A DNA stretch of 63,202 nt from Atractiella rhizophila (GCA_021432655.1 MU271196.1:124001-187202), one strand, 5' to 3'; numbered from the stretch's first letter, positions 38,693 to 53,580 are shown. A program made the numbers and translations. Notes: generated by a model from the sequence alone, not told the origin.

Positions 38693-40917
38693 TTAGTAGG
38701 CAATGCCTTGCCCTTTCAGATACTTCTGCAGGTCGTGATAAAGCTCCAGTTGATCTTCCGTTGAGAGACCATTGATGATTGTTCCAAGGACTGATCCTAC
38801 GCTGACGTACTGTACTCGGACTAGGGAGGAGTAATATCTACCAACACGTTAATAAATTCACTAGGTTACCCAGGATACTGCTCACACGTAGCTGAAGAGT
38901 CCCATCAAAAACCTGCATGTCTGTTAGCTAGCTCACTGAATCCTCAGAATGAGAGAGCACGCACTGGCAGTCCATCCTGTCGGTCAAGCCACCATGTCCG
39001 GGAATAGAGTCGCCAAAGTCCTTGATATTGAAAGCACGCTTGAAACCTGACGCGAAGAATCCTCCAAATGGAGCAACAAGAGAGGCAAAGATTGCGAGGA
39101 CGATAGCGTGCACCTGGAAAGGTGCCCAGACGAAGTTCTTCACCTCTCTCCTTAACTGCAGATTATCTAATTTAGATTGGCTAGGAAAAAAGAAATCAAA
39201 CGCACTATGTACGACGCGAAGGACGCGAGGTTATCGGGAAGAGGGAACTCATGCCAAAGAAACACCGGATTTGGCTGACAATGGACATCGGAAAATGCTG
39301 TCTGAGAGAAGTCCCGAACGGAGCAGATCAAATAGTTGAATCTCATGAAAAAGGTAGCCCACTATCCCACGAATTAGTCAGCGCCATCGAGGACAGAGTC
39401 AGTCAGCCTTACAAAATAGGAGAAAACAACAGTCGCAAAAAAAGCGCCGACGAAACCCTCGACAGTTTTTTTTCGGTGAGAGTTTTATGAGTTGCGTGCG
39501 ACCGAAAAGCATGCCTGCAAGGTGTCAGGAGTGGAGCAAACACTAGGTTTGGAATAACATCTTACCGAAGACGTAAGCCGAGATATCGTTCATGATAACG
39601 AGGGAAGCAGGGACCCAGAACCAGATTAATCCCTGGAGATATGTAAGCAAAGTTGGTTGAAAGTCAGGGAAAAGTACCTCAAGAATATTATTCACAATGA
39701 AGTGCCTGTTTAATTGTCAGTGTCTGGACCACCCGTCCTGAGGACAGCTTTCAGAGCAAGACTCACGAGCAAGCAACGATGTAGAGCAGCGTCATGTGAA
39801 TCCAACAGAACAGCCCAAACTGGCGTCTCAGCTGGCCACGTTTAAGGCTTCCAACGAATGACACGAAACCGATGACGTAGAGGATGAGGGAAATAAAACG
39901 ATGGTGTTGAGCAAAGGGCAAAAGGTACGCGTCGACCAGTACAATATGCTGTGTCTTAATCAGCAACGCTCAACATACTTTAAAGCATTGCCATACCTTG
40001 AAATATTTGATGATACTTTCCCCATAGAAGAAGTAGTTGGCAACTCCAAAGAAATACCAACTCGTCGCTCGTCCCCACCTGTCGCTCTCCTTCCTCTTCT
40101 CCTCCCTCCTCAAAACTCTTTTCTCATCAACCACTCCACTGCCATTATCCTTCCCATTCCCATCATACGCCTTCCCAAACAAATTTGTGAGCTCTCGATA
40201 AACTGCCGTCTGCACAAAGAAGACCAGCATGATCATCCATCCATGGCCAAGCAACAACAGCATGATGAATCCACCTATCATAGCCAAAGACCAGATAGTA
40301 CGAGTGATGACAGCTTGAAGCCTAGCGGAGGAAGATCCAGTATGATCAGCTCCATGATTGGGCTCCGGTTTCGCCGGGACTGGCGACGGCGAATGATGGC
40401 GAGGAGACAGGCTGGAGGGAGCGCGCGGAGTGCTCAATGGAGGCTCGAACGTCGCCACTTTCGGGGTGGTTTGATCGGAAGATACGGGGGGAGAGGTCAG
40501 GTGTGTTTCTGCCTCATCATCCGTCGTGTCAATTCCATCTCCCCCAACTTCATCGGACTCCTCGTCCGTTTCCGTCGTGACTGGAGGAGCGAATGACGGC
40601 AGCGGAGCTGGAGCTTCTAGTTTTGGGAGCTCTTGCGGCGGGGGAGCGAGAGTCTCGGGAGCTTTCGAAGGAGATAGTGAGGGGGCAAGTGCAGGTGGAG
40701 AGGGGACGACCGTGATAGGTGATGGGACGTTTTCGCGTCCTTCTGGCGGTAATTCGGTCGATGAAGTGAGAGCTTCCTCTTTCTGTTGTCTCTCTTTTGC
40801 TCTTCGGCGAGCCTTAGCCTTTTTTGAGAGCGACGTAGGCGCTGGAGGGTTCGAGGAACTCGACAGTGTAGGCGAGAGAGGCGGATCTGAATCTTCGTCA
40901 TCGCCCTGCACTTCCAC
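38693..40917 (-). CDS. CDS1: Phosphatidate cytidylyltransferase (5' end uncertain, may extend to ~41008)
   Basis: [55 protein letters not shown] signature, C-terminal [14 protein letters not shown]. Confidence 0.93.
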
Positions 40918-42605
40918 TGCACCGACATGTCAGCAAGCTGTTGTTTCATCTCCGACATTTCAAAGTTACAGACGATTACAACATAGGAGACCGATGGGAA
41001 GCAGGCATCTCAAAATGTGGTCCCTTTCGTAACGTGGTTAATGGGTCTTTTGCCTTTCACAGCTTGCACCGTTTTGCACATGGTCCAGCCAATTCTCATG
41101 CACAGAGATCCACTAGGATCTACTCCAACTGCTGCCAAGTTTTGAGAAGAACTCCATGTCACTTAGAACAGTGAATTGAAGTTATAGCTCTGTAAAATAG
41201 AAAGGGCAGAATTCAATGTACCTAGCGAAAAATAATTTAATTTGGTTAGACACCTAATCCAATTGAAAGCAAGTAACGATAGTGTGCATAACTTGATGAT
41301 CCTTCGTTCATTCTTCCCAAAAAGAGTCTTATCCACTCAACGGCATGATTCAAAGCATCTCTTTTCCCAGTCGCTCTCAAATCACAAGCGAGAGAGACGA
41401 ACCAAAGTATTACAGCAAGAGAGGAACAGTAGCAGATAATAACAAATGATCAATCCACTCTCCAGCCATAAGCATCGTGATTTCACTGGCCATGGGCTTC
41501 TGCTCGTGTTGTTCACGTGTCCTTACAACACCGGTCTTACGAGCAGAAAAGGCGCATCAACCGGTTATGTCTTGCTTAACGAGTACATCTGCACAGAACA
41601 CACCAGAATCTCTGAATAATCAGGATGCTTCGCTATTCCTCTGGGAGAGAACTATGCCCTGCTGCCTCACATACCAGAGCTAGGATCCAGCCAACTGCAA
41701 TGATTCAATCCCCCTCAAACACTTTAACCAAGGGAAGAGACGAAGGAGGCCGCAGGGCACAAAGTCAGAAGGGGTCGTGGTGTTGGATCCACAAGATCTT
41801 CCCCTCGCACCCAGGGTCTGTTCACAAACATGTGTTGCTCTCCACCCACAATTGCAACGTGCGACACCTACGTCGCCAGTCTCTCCACTATGAAAGGGGT
41901 ACAACACATCCCACCGTCTATATTCATCTACTCTGCTAAACACGGATAATAGGTTACACGTGAGAAGAGACGGAGAGGTAGCCGTGCACTCCGTTCAAAG
42001 GGACAGTCGTCAAGTCGGAGTGCACGCTCGATCTCTCCATTCTTTCTAGCTGCGGCATATATGAGAAATAAGTTCTGTGCGGGCTGGCAGCAGGCCGGGT
42101 TTGACATCACGACCTCCATACCTCTCCTTTCGCATGCCACGTTGCACGTCTATGCTTCAAATGGTACGTTGCACCACCAAGCGTCTCATCCACACAGTCC
42201 TCATACAGCACAGAGAAAGAAGATGGATAAATAGAAAGACGCACATCCTTCCCACCTTCCCCCGCTGAACAACTTCCCCTCTCCTCCTCCTCCAACTCCT
42301 AGCTTGCTCCCTAGTAGACTATCAGGCTTTTTCTTGGGCGGCATGCTCTTCTCTAATCTTGCTGTCAATAAGCGTGAGCGTACTGTAAATATAATAAACA
42401 CGAACGCTGAAGTGGTTGGTGATGTTGGCGTGGCAGCTGTTGAAATCGCATCTACCTCCATCATCAAGATCATTAAGCTGCATCATCAGCACAACTATTT
42501 CGGGAATCGGGATTCCTGCCAACCAAACAACGCGGAACAACCAAACGACGATTCAAAGAATACCACCATCTTTGATCCTCAAAAGCTGCACCGAGGCAGG
42601 GCAGC

Positions 42606-45600
42606 ATGGCAGCACCAGGGATCGACACGTCCTACCGACACCTCTCCTCCTCTCCCACCGGTTCGCGCCATGGAAACGAAGAGGAAGAGTCTCTCCTCCC
42701 GCGTCCCACCTCCTCTCCATCGAGCGACTACCCCGTCTTTACCCTCATCCACAACTTGCGACTCCTCATCATCTCCCACATCGACGTCTACCATCCGCAC
42801 GCCGCGCTTTCCTCCCCTCCGCTCTCATATACTCTCATCCGTCCGCTCCAGGCTCAACTCCCCAAAAAGACGCCTGCATTGCTTTATGCGCTTCTGTTGA
42901 ATAGGGTGCAGTTTTTGAAGGAGGAAGAGGAGGGAGGTGCGGGTGTGGGTGCGGGGGTTTGTAAGACGAGAGCGAATGTGGCGGAGCTGTTGGCGGTGAG
43001 GAGCGTTGAGGAGTGGACGGGAGGTGGTGGGTGGGAGAGCGGTGGGAGGGGTCTTGAGGTACGTTATTTGCTTCTTTTGGATGTATCTGTATCTTTGGCT
43101 GGAGAAGCGGAGAGATGCTGCTCGGAACAATGTACTTGGTGTTCATTTCGTCCTGGCAGGGCGCAAGTGGTCGTCAGAGCCTGAGAGTGAAGCCTACGTA
43201 ACGACGCTTTTGGGGAGCTATATCAACGTCCCATGGCTGTCTTAACACATCCTTTCATAATTAATTAATATACATTAATGTACTTAATTTATTATCATGC
43301 ATCAAATTGCTACATTAATTTTACAGATAATCCTACCCATTGCTTTGCAAGTACCATGTTGTGGATGTCTACCAAAGCGGATGCTTCTCCTTCCGATCTG
43401 AGATGGCGAGGCATACCAAACAACGATATGTGCGGACTGCACAATCTGCTCCACTTCCTCCACCACGCGTTTAGTTCTTTCAACGCGTTGTGTCTGGATC
43501 GCGACGAGCGAGCAAGGTAAACAATCTATATGGCCGCATGTTCGTTCCAACTCAAGCAGCTTAGACAGCAACGGAACGGCCGCGCTTGATTCTATTTTAG
43601 TGGCAACTCACGTATGTAGTACTCTTGTGGGTGATGCATCTTGCAGCTTTGGACCTGTAATGCTTACACATGGCTTGATCTTTTTCGAGATATTTCCAAG
43701 CGGTGAGGGACATGCCGAATCCAACATTGCTTTTATGAATCTCTGTTGAGGCTTCATATCTGTTCCCTGTCTGTCGTTCGAGCTCTCTTGCTTTAGGGTC
43801 TAAAGAGAACTCGATATTCAATGTTCCACGTTTTGCGAGGTTGTTGATTGAATCACCGAAATTTGGAAGAGAATCGTCATTTGTTCCGAGGCACAGAAAC
43901 AGCATCAGAAGTCTTGTTAAGAGCGTTTATCATGCTTCCAAGAACCTGTTGTTCTTTGGCAAGTATTGCACGCGTTGTCATTCCGTTTAAAAAAGTCCGC
44001 CTCAGCTGCATACAAATTTTTATCAAAGTTTTGTCATCCTTTACGATCGTTGACTTGTCTCGCGATAGCTCATCACGGTACTCACGACACCTTGGAATCC
44101 ATTCAGCGGCGTATCGCAAGGCTAGTTCCCCTCAGTTCAGGAAATGCTTTGAAACTAAACGAAGGCCTCAGACCTGTTCGCAGACGATGATACGCCTACT
44201 GCAGCAGAATTAGAGGAAATGAGCGCCTGGGGTCAAAGGGAGATGATGGCGAATGCGCTCGAGATCTCGATTTTCAGTTCAGCCAAAAAGTGCCCAGTTC
44301 TTCCTTCCTCTCCAATTGTACTTGATTTTTCTGAAATTGATGTCGGAGAAAGGTTTGTCGCCACTCCACTTGTTCAGCAAGTCTTGCAGGCGATTTGGAA
44401 TGGAGAAATCGTCTACACGCCCCTCGCTTCTGTAAGCTTTGACCTGATTCCTGTTTTCGGCTAAAACACCACTGTTTTTACTTTGGAGTAGCATTCCATC
44501 GTCAGAGACAATTATAAAAGACAACCTGTCCACATTTATTCGCCCCGCTTTCGACCAGTACTCGATCATTACCGATTGAGGGTACCGCGCATTCGTGCGC
44601 TTCTGGAATTCTTGTAAGACGTTAGACATTCGAAACGATCTCTGACTTTGGAGCAGTAACTTTGCCATCATCCTCATCCTGTTCTTGATTGTCGAAAGCA
44701 CCATCAATACTGAAAGGGTGACCATTGTTGAAGGCATTTTTATGGCATATGTTTGTGAGTTCCACATGAGAACATTGCGAGTTGCTTACCTGTCAATTAG
44801 TCGGTTTCGCTCTCGATGAGCTTAGCTCTAGGTAAGACAATCCTGGCATGCAATAAAGGCTGATAGGTTGCTACTCAGCATGGAGCATGGAATTTACGCT
44901 TACTCTCTGGATATGTGGAATTGTGCGTATCAAATCATCACCCGAGCTTGCAGCATAAATCAAAGCTGGATAGATTTCGATACCTCTTTTCTGGCCATCT
45001 TTTTCGCTTACTTTGGGATTCGCTGCTACGCTCTTACGTTGGAAGTTGGTACCCCTCATCATGATACTTACACAACATTAGCATTCGATATGCTTGCTCT
45101 TGGTATGCATTCGTTTTGCAAGATTGAGGTGAAGCTGAATGATGTACAGGTGCCTGCATTTTGTTCCCTCGCTTGGCAGGATCCTTGCTGTCAAATAATG
45201 TGGTATGTCCCACACATATTCTCTAGTAAACCAGTTTGATAATGCTCGTTGTTCAGGTTATCTTGGGTTTAAAAGCTATGTTTCGGGACTTCGCGACTTT
45301 TCTTGCTCTGGCAGCCATCTGCGCATCGGGCTTCCTCTTTTCTTTCTGGGTGCTGGCGAGAGGTGACTGGAGTCTGGGGAGGATAGCATGGCTTATGCTT
45401 GAAATCTGGTGTGTTTTTCGTACTCCCATAGAACTTGAGCTCATGCCCAGAATAGGTTTGGGAATAATTTCATTGGCTTCGACCGCGCAGAACAGTTCCA
45501 TCCTTTCTTTGGTCCACTGGTGTTCATCACGTAAAGTTTCCTGCTCTCCTAAACTGATATTGATAGCTCACTTGGATTAGATATGCTATGTTGGCAAACA

Positions 45601-46671
45601 CCTTACTTCTCACAATCTTGATTGCCATTCTTTCCACCTCGTTTGCTCGAACTCAACAGTCGGCGGCAGAGGAGTTCGCGCTCCAGCAGGCTGTCCAGAC
45701 TATTGAGCGTGTGAAAGGAGACGCGATATATTCATATCAACCTCCTTTCAACCTTGTCGCTTTTGCGATTCTGGTAAAGCGGCCCACTCTTCCTTAGCTA
45801 CTTTGACAGTGATGGGTTCTACAGGCACCCCTTCGATTAGTCCTGAGCGAACGATGGCTTCACAAGCTCAATGTGGCGCTCATACGAATCATTCACTTCC
45901 CTCATCTCATCATCATCACCATCTTCGAAAGGGCGAAGTATCGCAGATTCGGGAAATTAAGCTCGATATCACTCGGGGAAGAAAACGAATGGGGGTTCCG
46001 GAAAGCAGGAGCCAGGCTGTGGGAAGCGTTTCCCCGAAAAGCTGCTGCTTGGGATGGAAGCGAGGTGTTCCTATTCCACGAGGTTGAAGATTCGAAGGTA
46101 CGAAGCAGCCCTCAGATGCAAGCGCGGGAAGAACCACATCCAGAGTCTCCGCCATTGACTCCGACCGTTTCTCGGCTGCATCGAGCTGATCTTTCGGGTG
46201 TAGCAGAACTTGCCAAAGGTGCCTCACATCTTGCATCAGTCGCTTCAGACTGACAGTGATTCTGTAGAAAATCAACGTCACATGCGCAGGTCAGAAACAA
46301 TGAACAGTCGCTTCAGCTCAGTAGTCGCTGTGGCATCTCCTATCGCCCGACTATTTGCAATGCCCAAAGGTCGAGAATCAGCCGCGTCTCTCCCCGCCCC
46401 CGAGCCGCTGTCCCCAAATCCAATTTCCAAGCCTCAACCAAGCGAGGAGTCTCGTCGTTTGAAGAAGCTGGAGACCAAGTTGTCAGAAATGGAAGAGTCT
46501 TACAAAAGGATGGAAGCCTCGCTGGAAAAGATCGTCCAGGTTTTGACACGCCATGAATCTTTCGACGATCCACCAACCGACCCTTCACCCGAGTCGAGCG
46601 GGTTCGGTCTGACATTCGAAACTACGAAGTTGAAACCGAATCCAGGCAAAACTATGCGGCGTAAGACGTAA
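42606..46671 (+). CDS. YVC1/TRP-like non-selective cation channel
   Basis: LIHNLRLLIISHID, LYALLLNRVQF, RANVAELLA, RFVATPLVQQVLQAIWNGEIVY, LRVPR, LANTLLLTILIAILS, AIYSYQPPFNL; multiple hydrophobic segments; C-terminal coiled coil. Intron 1 is ~1 kb. Confidence 0.8.
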
Positions 46672-46883
46672 TCAGATTCCCTGGGAGGATGTAAGTACCC
46701 GTGATTTGTTGCACGCAGAATGACCATGTACAGTTACATCTTGGTGCCTCGGCTCCCTAGTACCTCCAGGGCACGCTCGCTAAGTGGCTAAGGTCAGGCG
46801 GAAGCCTTACCTCATGCTATGCACCATGACATATAAAAGGGTAGCAAGTCTAGATCTATCATTACTGCCAAGTACCCCTCAAG

Positions 46884-48404
46884 ATGGTATCTGCCATGGT
46901 GTTTTCAGTTCTTTTGCCCCTTTGTGCTTCACAGGTAGCAGTTACCAGAAATGTCGCTATAATCCCCAACAACTTCTTTTCGATTCTTCCTCCTCCATTT
47001 AATCGCTCACCACCTGGTGACCCATTCAATACAACTTTCTGGCAAACGATTGTCTCTTCGACTGCTGTCCAAGACGAGATAAATAAGCTTGCCAATGCCA
47101 CTTTCATTGCCTTCACTACCGAATTTGCGTCGATGATAGCTTCAGATGCAAAGGTAGAGCGCGTGGCAGTGCTTCCTAGTGACGATAACTTTGTGACTGA
47201 GGGTCCCGTTTGGATTCCAGACCGGGGCGAATTGTTCTTCTTCCCTCTCCTACGCGACCATCAGTACCTCTACAATCCTACTACCCAAAACGTGTGTACT
47301 TCGCATTGGTTTCTGTGAATGTTCTAATCAAGTGGCCAGCTATCCGTCGTTAATGCTAACCCGCCCATCTTATCAGCGAATGGGGCAACGCTGCATAACG
47401 GAACAATTTTTCTCGCCACTGTTGGTGACGATGAGACACATCCACCGGCTTTAGTTGCTTTAGACCCCAGAACCTTCCAATCCAACGCAATTTTAAATAA
47501 CTACCGAGGTATGATTGCAGCATTCGGCTCCTTCACGACTGATGCATTGTCTGACCAGGTGTTCACTTTAACGGCATTGATGATCTGATCGTGACAACGG
47601 AAGGCTCTTTCTTCTTCACTGACCTTGGATTTGGAGGTCGGTAGCCTAATCTTCGCCCTGTGATTCCCCCATGATTGATTATTCCTAGCTCCTCTGCCAG
47701 CACAGCTGGGGCGATGGACTTATATGTACAATCCACTCTCTGGCGAAATAAGGTGAACGAAGCGGCTCCAGACCAGTCACTTGGTTCAAGCTTTAGTTAG
47801 GCTTCTTGATGATTCGCTTGTCGCACCGAACGGTCTCGCTCTCAGCCCTGATGAATCCATTCTCTACATCGGAGGTAAGCTCGTATAACAGGCCAGGTGA
47901 AGTAGAGTCTGATTCCTTCTCCTGCAGACACTGGCTCCTTCCTCACAGACGACAATACTTCCACTCGAACTATATACGCCTACAACGTAAACAATGGCAG
48001 AAGTCTATCAAATCGGACTGCCTTTCACCTGACTGACTCTGGAGGACCGGTGTGTTCTTAACTGAGCCCATCGAACAAAGCGAGGCTGACGAATGACAAC
48101 AGGATGGGGTCAAAGTTGCTTCTTCCGGCCACGTATTAACGGTTGGGGAGTTCGTTGGCGCTACCGCTTCAAGTGTCGATGTTATCAGCTCCAGCGGAGA
48201 GTTAATAGGAAAAATCAACATCCCCAACATTTGTGAGTTGCATTCTTGAGAGAAAGTTTAGAAAGAAAACTTAGAATTCTCAACAATTCTACAGGCAATA
48301 ACCTTGCATTCGGAGGGGAAAACCTCGATGTTCTCTTCGTCACCTGCTTTGGCGAACTTTGGCAAGTTACAGGTTTAGGATTAACGGGGATATCGAGGCC
48401 GTGA
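46884..48404 (+). CDS. Secreted SMP-30/gluconolactonase-like beta-propeller
   Basis: Signal peptide, EGPVWIPD, ANGAT, FNGIDDL...FFTD, PNGLALSPDESILYIGDT, DGVKV, NLAFGG. Confidence 0.8.
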
Positions 48405-49073
48405 TGTTCGATTCTTTGTTGTTCGCTGCTGAACTATACCCCAACTTGAGACACTAGATCCTAGTGATGTCACCATGGTGCAACTCCTTTATCACTCAGA
48501 TTTCCCCGTCTGCCACTCACATCCATTGCATACTCAATGTTACCGCCGATACTACTGGCTGACAATGCTCTCTCTTCCTGATTGATGCCTATGACGAAGG
48601 CAGAACAAGCTTTGGAGACTCAATACATAAACTAGCTGAACGAGGAATAAAACATGAGCTCTTTCTCAAAGGAAGCAGTGTTCGCACTGAGACCGATGCA
48701 AAGACATGCCACTTTCAAGTTGGTATTCAGTCAGTAACGAGAAAAAGACAGAGCAAAGGCGAAGTATGAAAGCTCAGACCTATCTTCAATGGTCGATATC
48801 AAGCTTTGTGAGAGCGAGTTAGTTTCAAAAGACAGGACTCAAACTTGCTCGTGGCGTCAACATAATATCGTAGGAAGTAATGGATGGTGGCCGAATCCGA
48901 CACATCGTCGATATCAAGTGGCCGCTGTTGCGCTGCTAACTCATACTGCGCATTGAAACCCATGTAAGGCTCGAATTTGCTTGATGATCATTTACGGAAA
49001 TGGTCCAGAGTTCGACCTTGTCCTTGCCTTCACTTCCCTTACAGTACAGCGCAAAGCCCCCAAAAGACACAAT

Positions 49074-50422
49074 TCACAGGATACCGCCATAATCCAGTTT
49101 CTTAGCTACCCTCTTTCTCACATCCTCGTCATCCTCCCCCTTTCGTTTAATTCCTCGTGTACTTCCTCCATGTCCCCCACCCAGTCCTAGATCAGGCTGT
49201 TCCACAGGCGGCAGCGCTCGCGGTTGAAGCTTCTCTTTCGTCTTTGGAAGATTGTCCGGCGCGGTAGGTGGAGGATCCGAGGAAAAATAAGGATGTTGGA
49301 GCGCTTGAAGAGCCGTCAGACGACGACTAGGATTCAGAGTTAAAAGCTGGTCAAGGATGGATATACAGTCTCGAGTTGCAGCTCCGAATAGGGCAGAAAA
49401 TGGAGGCCGGGGGATAGGACTGAAGGAGACGAAGTCGTTCAGTTTGTCGTGATCCTGAATTCTGGTTTCAGGAATTCTCAAAAGAGAGAGATTGAGCGAA
49501 GTTGACATACAGGCCAGTCTTCCGCAGTTGGTGTTCCAAGGGCTTTGAAGATCAGATTGAGCTGTTCGAAGTCCGTTTCCCCTGCTAAAAAGGGGACACG
49601 CAACATGAGCTCTGCAAGGATGCAGCCTGCGCTCCAAGTGTCAACGGTTGACGAATAGTACCGTGAGCCGAAGAGGAGCTCTGGAGGCCGATACCATCTG
49701 TCGACATTCTTCAGAACTGAAGACGCGAAAAGAAAGATTGTACCGTGTTACTACTTGGCTTGTCATCCTCCCTCCTGGATCTGGAAATTCCCGCGCTAGA
49801 CCGAAATCTGCGATTTTTAGCACTCCTTTTTCTGAAATGAACAAGTTGTTCGGTTTGAGATCCTAAACGCCTTTCAATTTGGAAAAATCGCACATAGGAG
49901 AGAGCAAACCCGATGAAGCACCCAATTTCGGTGACAAAATTCAAGGCCACGCATTAACATCAACATCCAACTCTTGACATCTGCTGCAGAGAACACGAGG
50001 GTTCGATCACGGATTAATGCTTCCAAATCGGTTGACAAGAGCTCCAAGACGAGCGAAAGGTTGGTGGCGCCAGAATACACGTCGAGAAGCTCCACAGTCC
50101 GTTATTACCTGTCTATCTGTAAATCAACTAGAGGAATGTGGACGAACCTCGATGACATTTGGATGTTTTAGCTCCTGGAGGAACTTAACCTCCCGAATGG
50201 CTGACATGTCCAATCCATCTTTGAACTGTCCAAGCTTAATCTTTTTGATCGCCACGTCCCGTCCCGTGGATAGTTGCTTAGCTGTCGCGGTTTCTCAGAA
50301 AGAGTGTTTGGTAAGATGGGAAATGGACCTTGGTGGACTACAGCATAGGTACCTTCTCCTAGCTTCCGAATCTTCGTGTAGTTGTTAGAGATCCGTTCAT
50401 TCGCTGCTTCCGCTGCCTCCAT
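49074..50422 (-). CDS. KIN28: TFIIH kinase CDK7
   Basis: [65 protein letters not shown]. Confidence 0.93.
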
Positions 50423-51736
50423 GTCCACTTAGACGCCTCCTTTCAACTGGTCTCCAGTTACGAAGGGGACAGAACAAAGTGTAACCGTACTAGAGAAAAC
50501 TAACCGGATAGTGACCAACTGAGAAGCAGAACCTGTCTGAGATGACTGCCAGGGATGCATGATCCAGGATCTACACCAGCCTCATGTCGAAGAACATTAT
50601 TCTTTAGAGACCTACCAAACACAGAAGAAAACGGTGAAGAAGCCTAAAACGCGGAGAAGGCATGGAGCGGAAGGAACGTAATTACTGAGAGGATGACGAG
50701 GGGAAGCTAGTCGCTGCTGGTAACTGTTTTGCTTATGGGTGACGCGACTACCTTCCTGCCTTACGTGCCTTCGATATTTGCGAAAATGATTCAAGTTAAG
50801 TATAGAGACAATTATCTAAGCTCTTTCACACTAACGAAGCTTTTTGCCTTAAAGTGTTTTCATTCCGATATTTTGTGCGTAGTGCTCAATTTTGCTGCTA
50901 CATATCCATATGTCTGTTGGAGAATAGCGCTTCAGTATGCCACGCATTATCTAACATCGCCTAAGTCCAGAGAGGGCCCACTCCGAGTGACTACCCGCTC
51001 CCTCCCGTAGCCACAGAAGGATACATGTTTGAGTACAAATTCAGTGTACGGTGAGCCGGTTTCAGGAGGCCTCTTTCAGTCTGCCAACGGATCGATGGCA
51101 CCGTAGGCTGTCGTACGTTCTTGGATATGGTATTTCCACGCGACTCAAGCTGGTATGTTAGCTGACTAGTTCGTGCGCTGTGGGCAGAAGAGCTGTCCAA
51201 CTCACCGGTCTGGGCAAATTGTACTTCAACTAGACGCTTTAGCTTTCGTCAACCTCTCGCCTCGTTTGACAGGTTTTGGGGTTCAATTCATGGCGACGAC
51301 TGGGTGCTCCCCATCAGGTGCGTTCTGTCGGGTTGCTGCAGCAAGGTACTGGGAACATATCACCTAATTCTCAACATCTGATGTTCTAAAGTTACGTCTA
51401 CGGGAGTCCTTGTCCACGTTAACCGACTCATACCATGCTCTTTGGATCGTTTGGAGTTTAAGGACTTTCTTCCGGTCACACCTCCGAAACGGAGAAGACG
51501 CGGGGTGAAATGTTTACCGACTACGGTCCTAAGTCAAGGAGAGTGGGTGCGTGATTGCGTTTCTACCTGACAGTAATGGGTTGTAAAGTAGATGCAGCCG
51601 GAAAACGACGACCGATTAAGCATGCGTCCTCCTCCTCACACTTGACCTAAGTGAGGTCAAGAGATGGATATAAAAGACGGCGTATATGTTCTCTGCCCTG
51701 CACAAATCAGGAAGTATTGATAGCTTATCAGACAGG

Positions 51737-53580
51737 ATGAAGAGCGCCATTCTCGCCCTACTCGCCACTGCCCTCCATGCAGGGCACGCACTCGACAATC
51801 GTAAATATTCGATGGTTTTTGAAAGCACGGCGAACAATGGCGCGGATTGGTTGGCGAAGTAAGGCTTTCCCCATCCACTTCCAACCGCTGACGCTTTTCC
51901 AGCTGGAATTTTGAGACTGTAAGTGAATACAAACATATCTAAGCTTCATTAATGCGCGACGCTTTTCAGCAAGATTTTACAAATGGCATGGTACGTCTGA
52001 CGTCTTGGTCCGCACCTTAACCCGGCATTATTGACGATGGCGCTTACGTCGTACAGGTGAACTATGTCGACAAGGCAACTGCTCAATCGCAAGGACTTGC
52101 AGTCATCAATCCTCAGGTCAGTTCATCCTCAGTTCAGAGTGAGGCTCTTATTGAAAGAGAACCATGGCGTGCATGAAGAATCACCTGATTCTCACCCCGG
52201 ATTCTAGCAGCAATCTTGCCTATGGAACCAAGAGAAACTCTGTGAAGATCAGCACCAAAAGAACCGTGGGTCTCTTTTCATCTTGCCCCAAAACGAAGAG
52301 ATGGTTGACTCATTCACTGGACAGTTCCAAGTTGGATCTTTGATAGGTGACTTGTGCACCGTTGTTTTCGGCAATTGCTTACAAGGAAGCTAGTGATCAA
52401 CGCTTGGCATCTGCCTTATGGATGCGCTACTTGGTATAGCCTTTGTTTTCATGCCAGTTCCTTTATTGACACAAGGGTCAGGCCTGCATTCTGGACCGTG
52501 GGAACCGGCACATGGCCGCAAGATGGTACGAGCATTCCCTCCGCCTGTAAATGGTACTTATCAGAGGTGTAGGAGAGATTGATATTATTGAAGGTCAGCC
52601 GCATATTGGAGTGAAAGTTATGCGACTTAAAGATGGAATACGGAGCAGGAGCCAACAATGGACAACAAAATCAGATTGCTCTGCATACGAGCGCGGGATG
52701 CAGTCTGAAGTATGTCCTTTGAAATCCTGAAGCATCATTGACATTCTCTCTCGAGGACACCCATGAATGCCACTGGGACGGTAAGCACTCCACACAGCGC
52801 TTTGCAGTTATTGAAGTGTGGGTGTAGCCGAGAAACCTCAACTGTGAATCTCCTGGGGCTAACAATCAGAATTTAGGTTGTCAGGTTAGCGAATCTCCTT
52901 TCAAAGCCAATATTCTAACACCTCGCTTCAGGTCGGAGACACCAGTGCCAGTAACTACGGCAAACCAGCGTCGGACGTTTCAGGGGGCGTCTGGGTAAGT
53001 CCTCTTCGATTGTTTAGGAACAAGTCTGATCCACGTCTGAAGGCTGTGTTATTTGACACAACTGGCGTATACTACTGGTAAATGACTGTCTTGTTTACCA
53101 GAAATGAGTGAACTGATGTGATTCTGGTGCAGGCACTTTCCTGTATGCACGCATCTTCTCTCAAATTGTTCTCATCGTGAAGTCTAAATAGAGGGACCAA
53201 ATCCCCGCCGAGCTCGTTTCCAGCAATATCACCCCCAATCCAGCGAATCTAGGCACTCCCATAGCAAGATATGCGAACCCTTGCAATGGAAACGAAGCGA
53301 CGCGCTTCAAAAATCAAAAAATCGTGATCAATATCGAACTATGTGGTGATTGGGCGGGCAACACATTTCAACAAGATGGGTGTGGTGCGTCTTCATTGTA
53401 ATCTTCTCCTCATGACCCAAGTGGACCGAATGCGCAACAGGTAACGACTGTAAAGATTTCGTGAGGACGGGAAGCAACTTCAAGGTACATGCTCTCGATA
53501 TTGAAGTGACTAGAACTAACTTGAATTTGACTTTACAGAATGCCTACTGGGAGATTCAGTGGGTCAGGGTGTTTCAGTAG
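51737..53580 (+). CDS. Secreted GH16 glucanase, paralog 2
   Basis: MKSAILALLATALHAGHA-LDNR, PAFWTVGTGTWPQD-GEIDIIEG, INIELCGDWAG, NAYWEIQWVRVFQ; many micro-exons. Confidence 0.88.

Noticed and set aside
41200..42500. Cluster of short ORFs including an MPPKKK start
   Set aside because: No coherent exon chain or homology recognisable.
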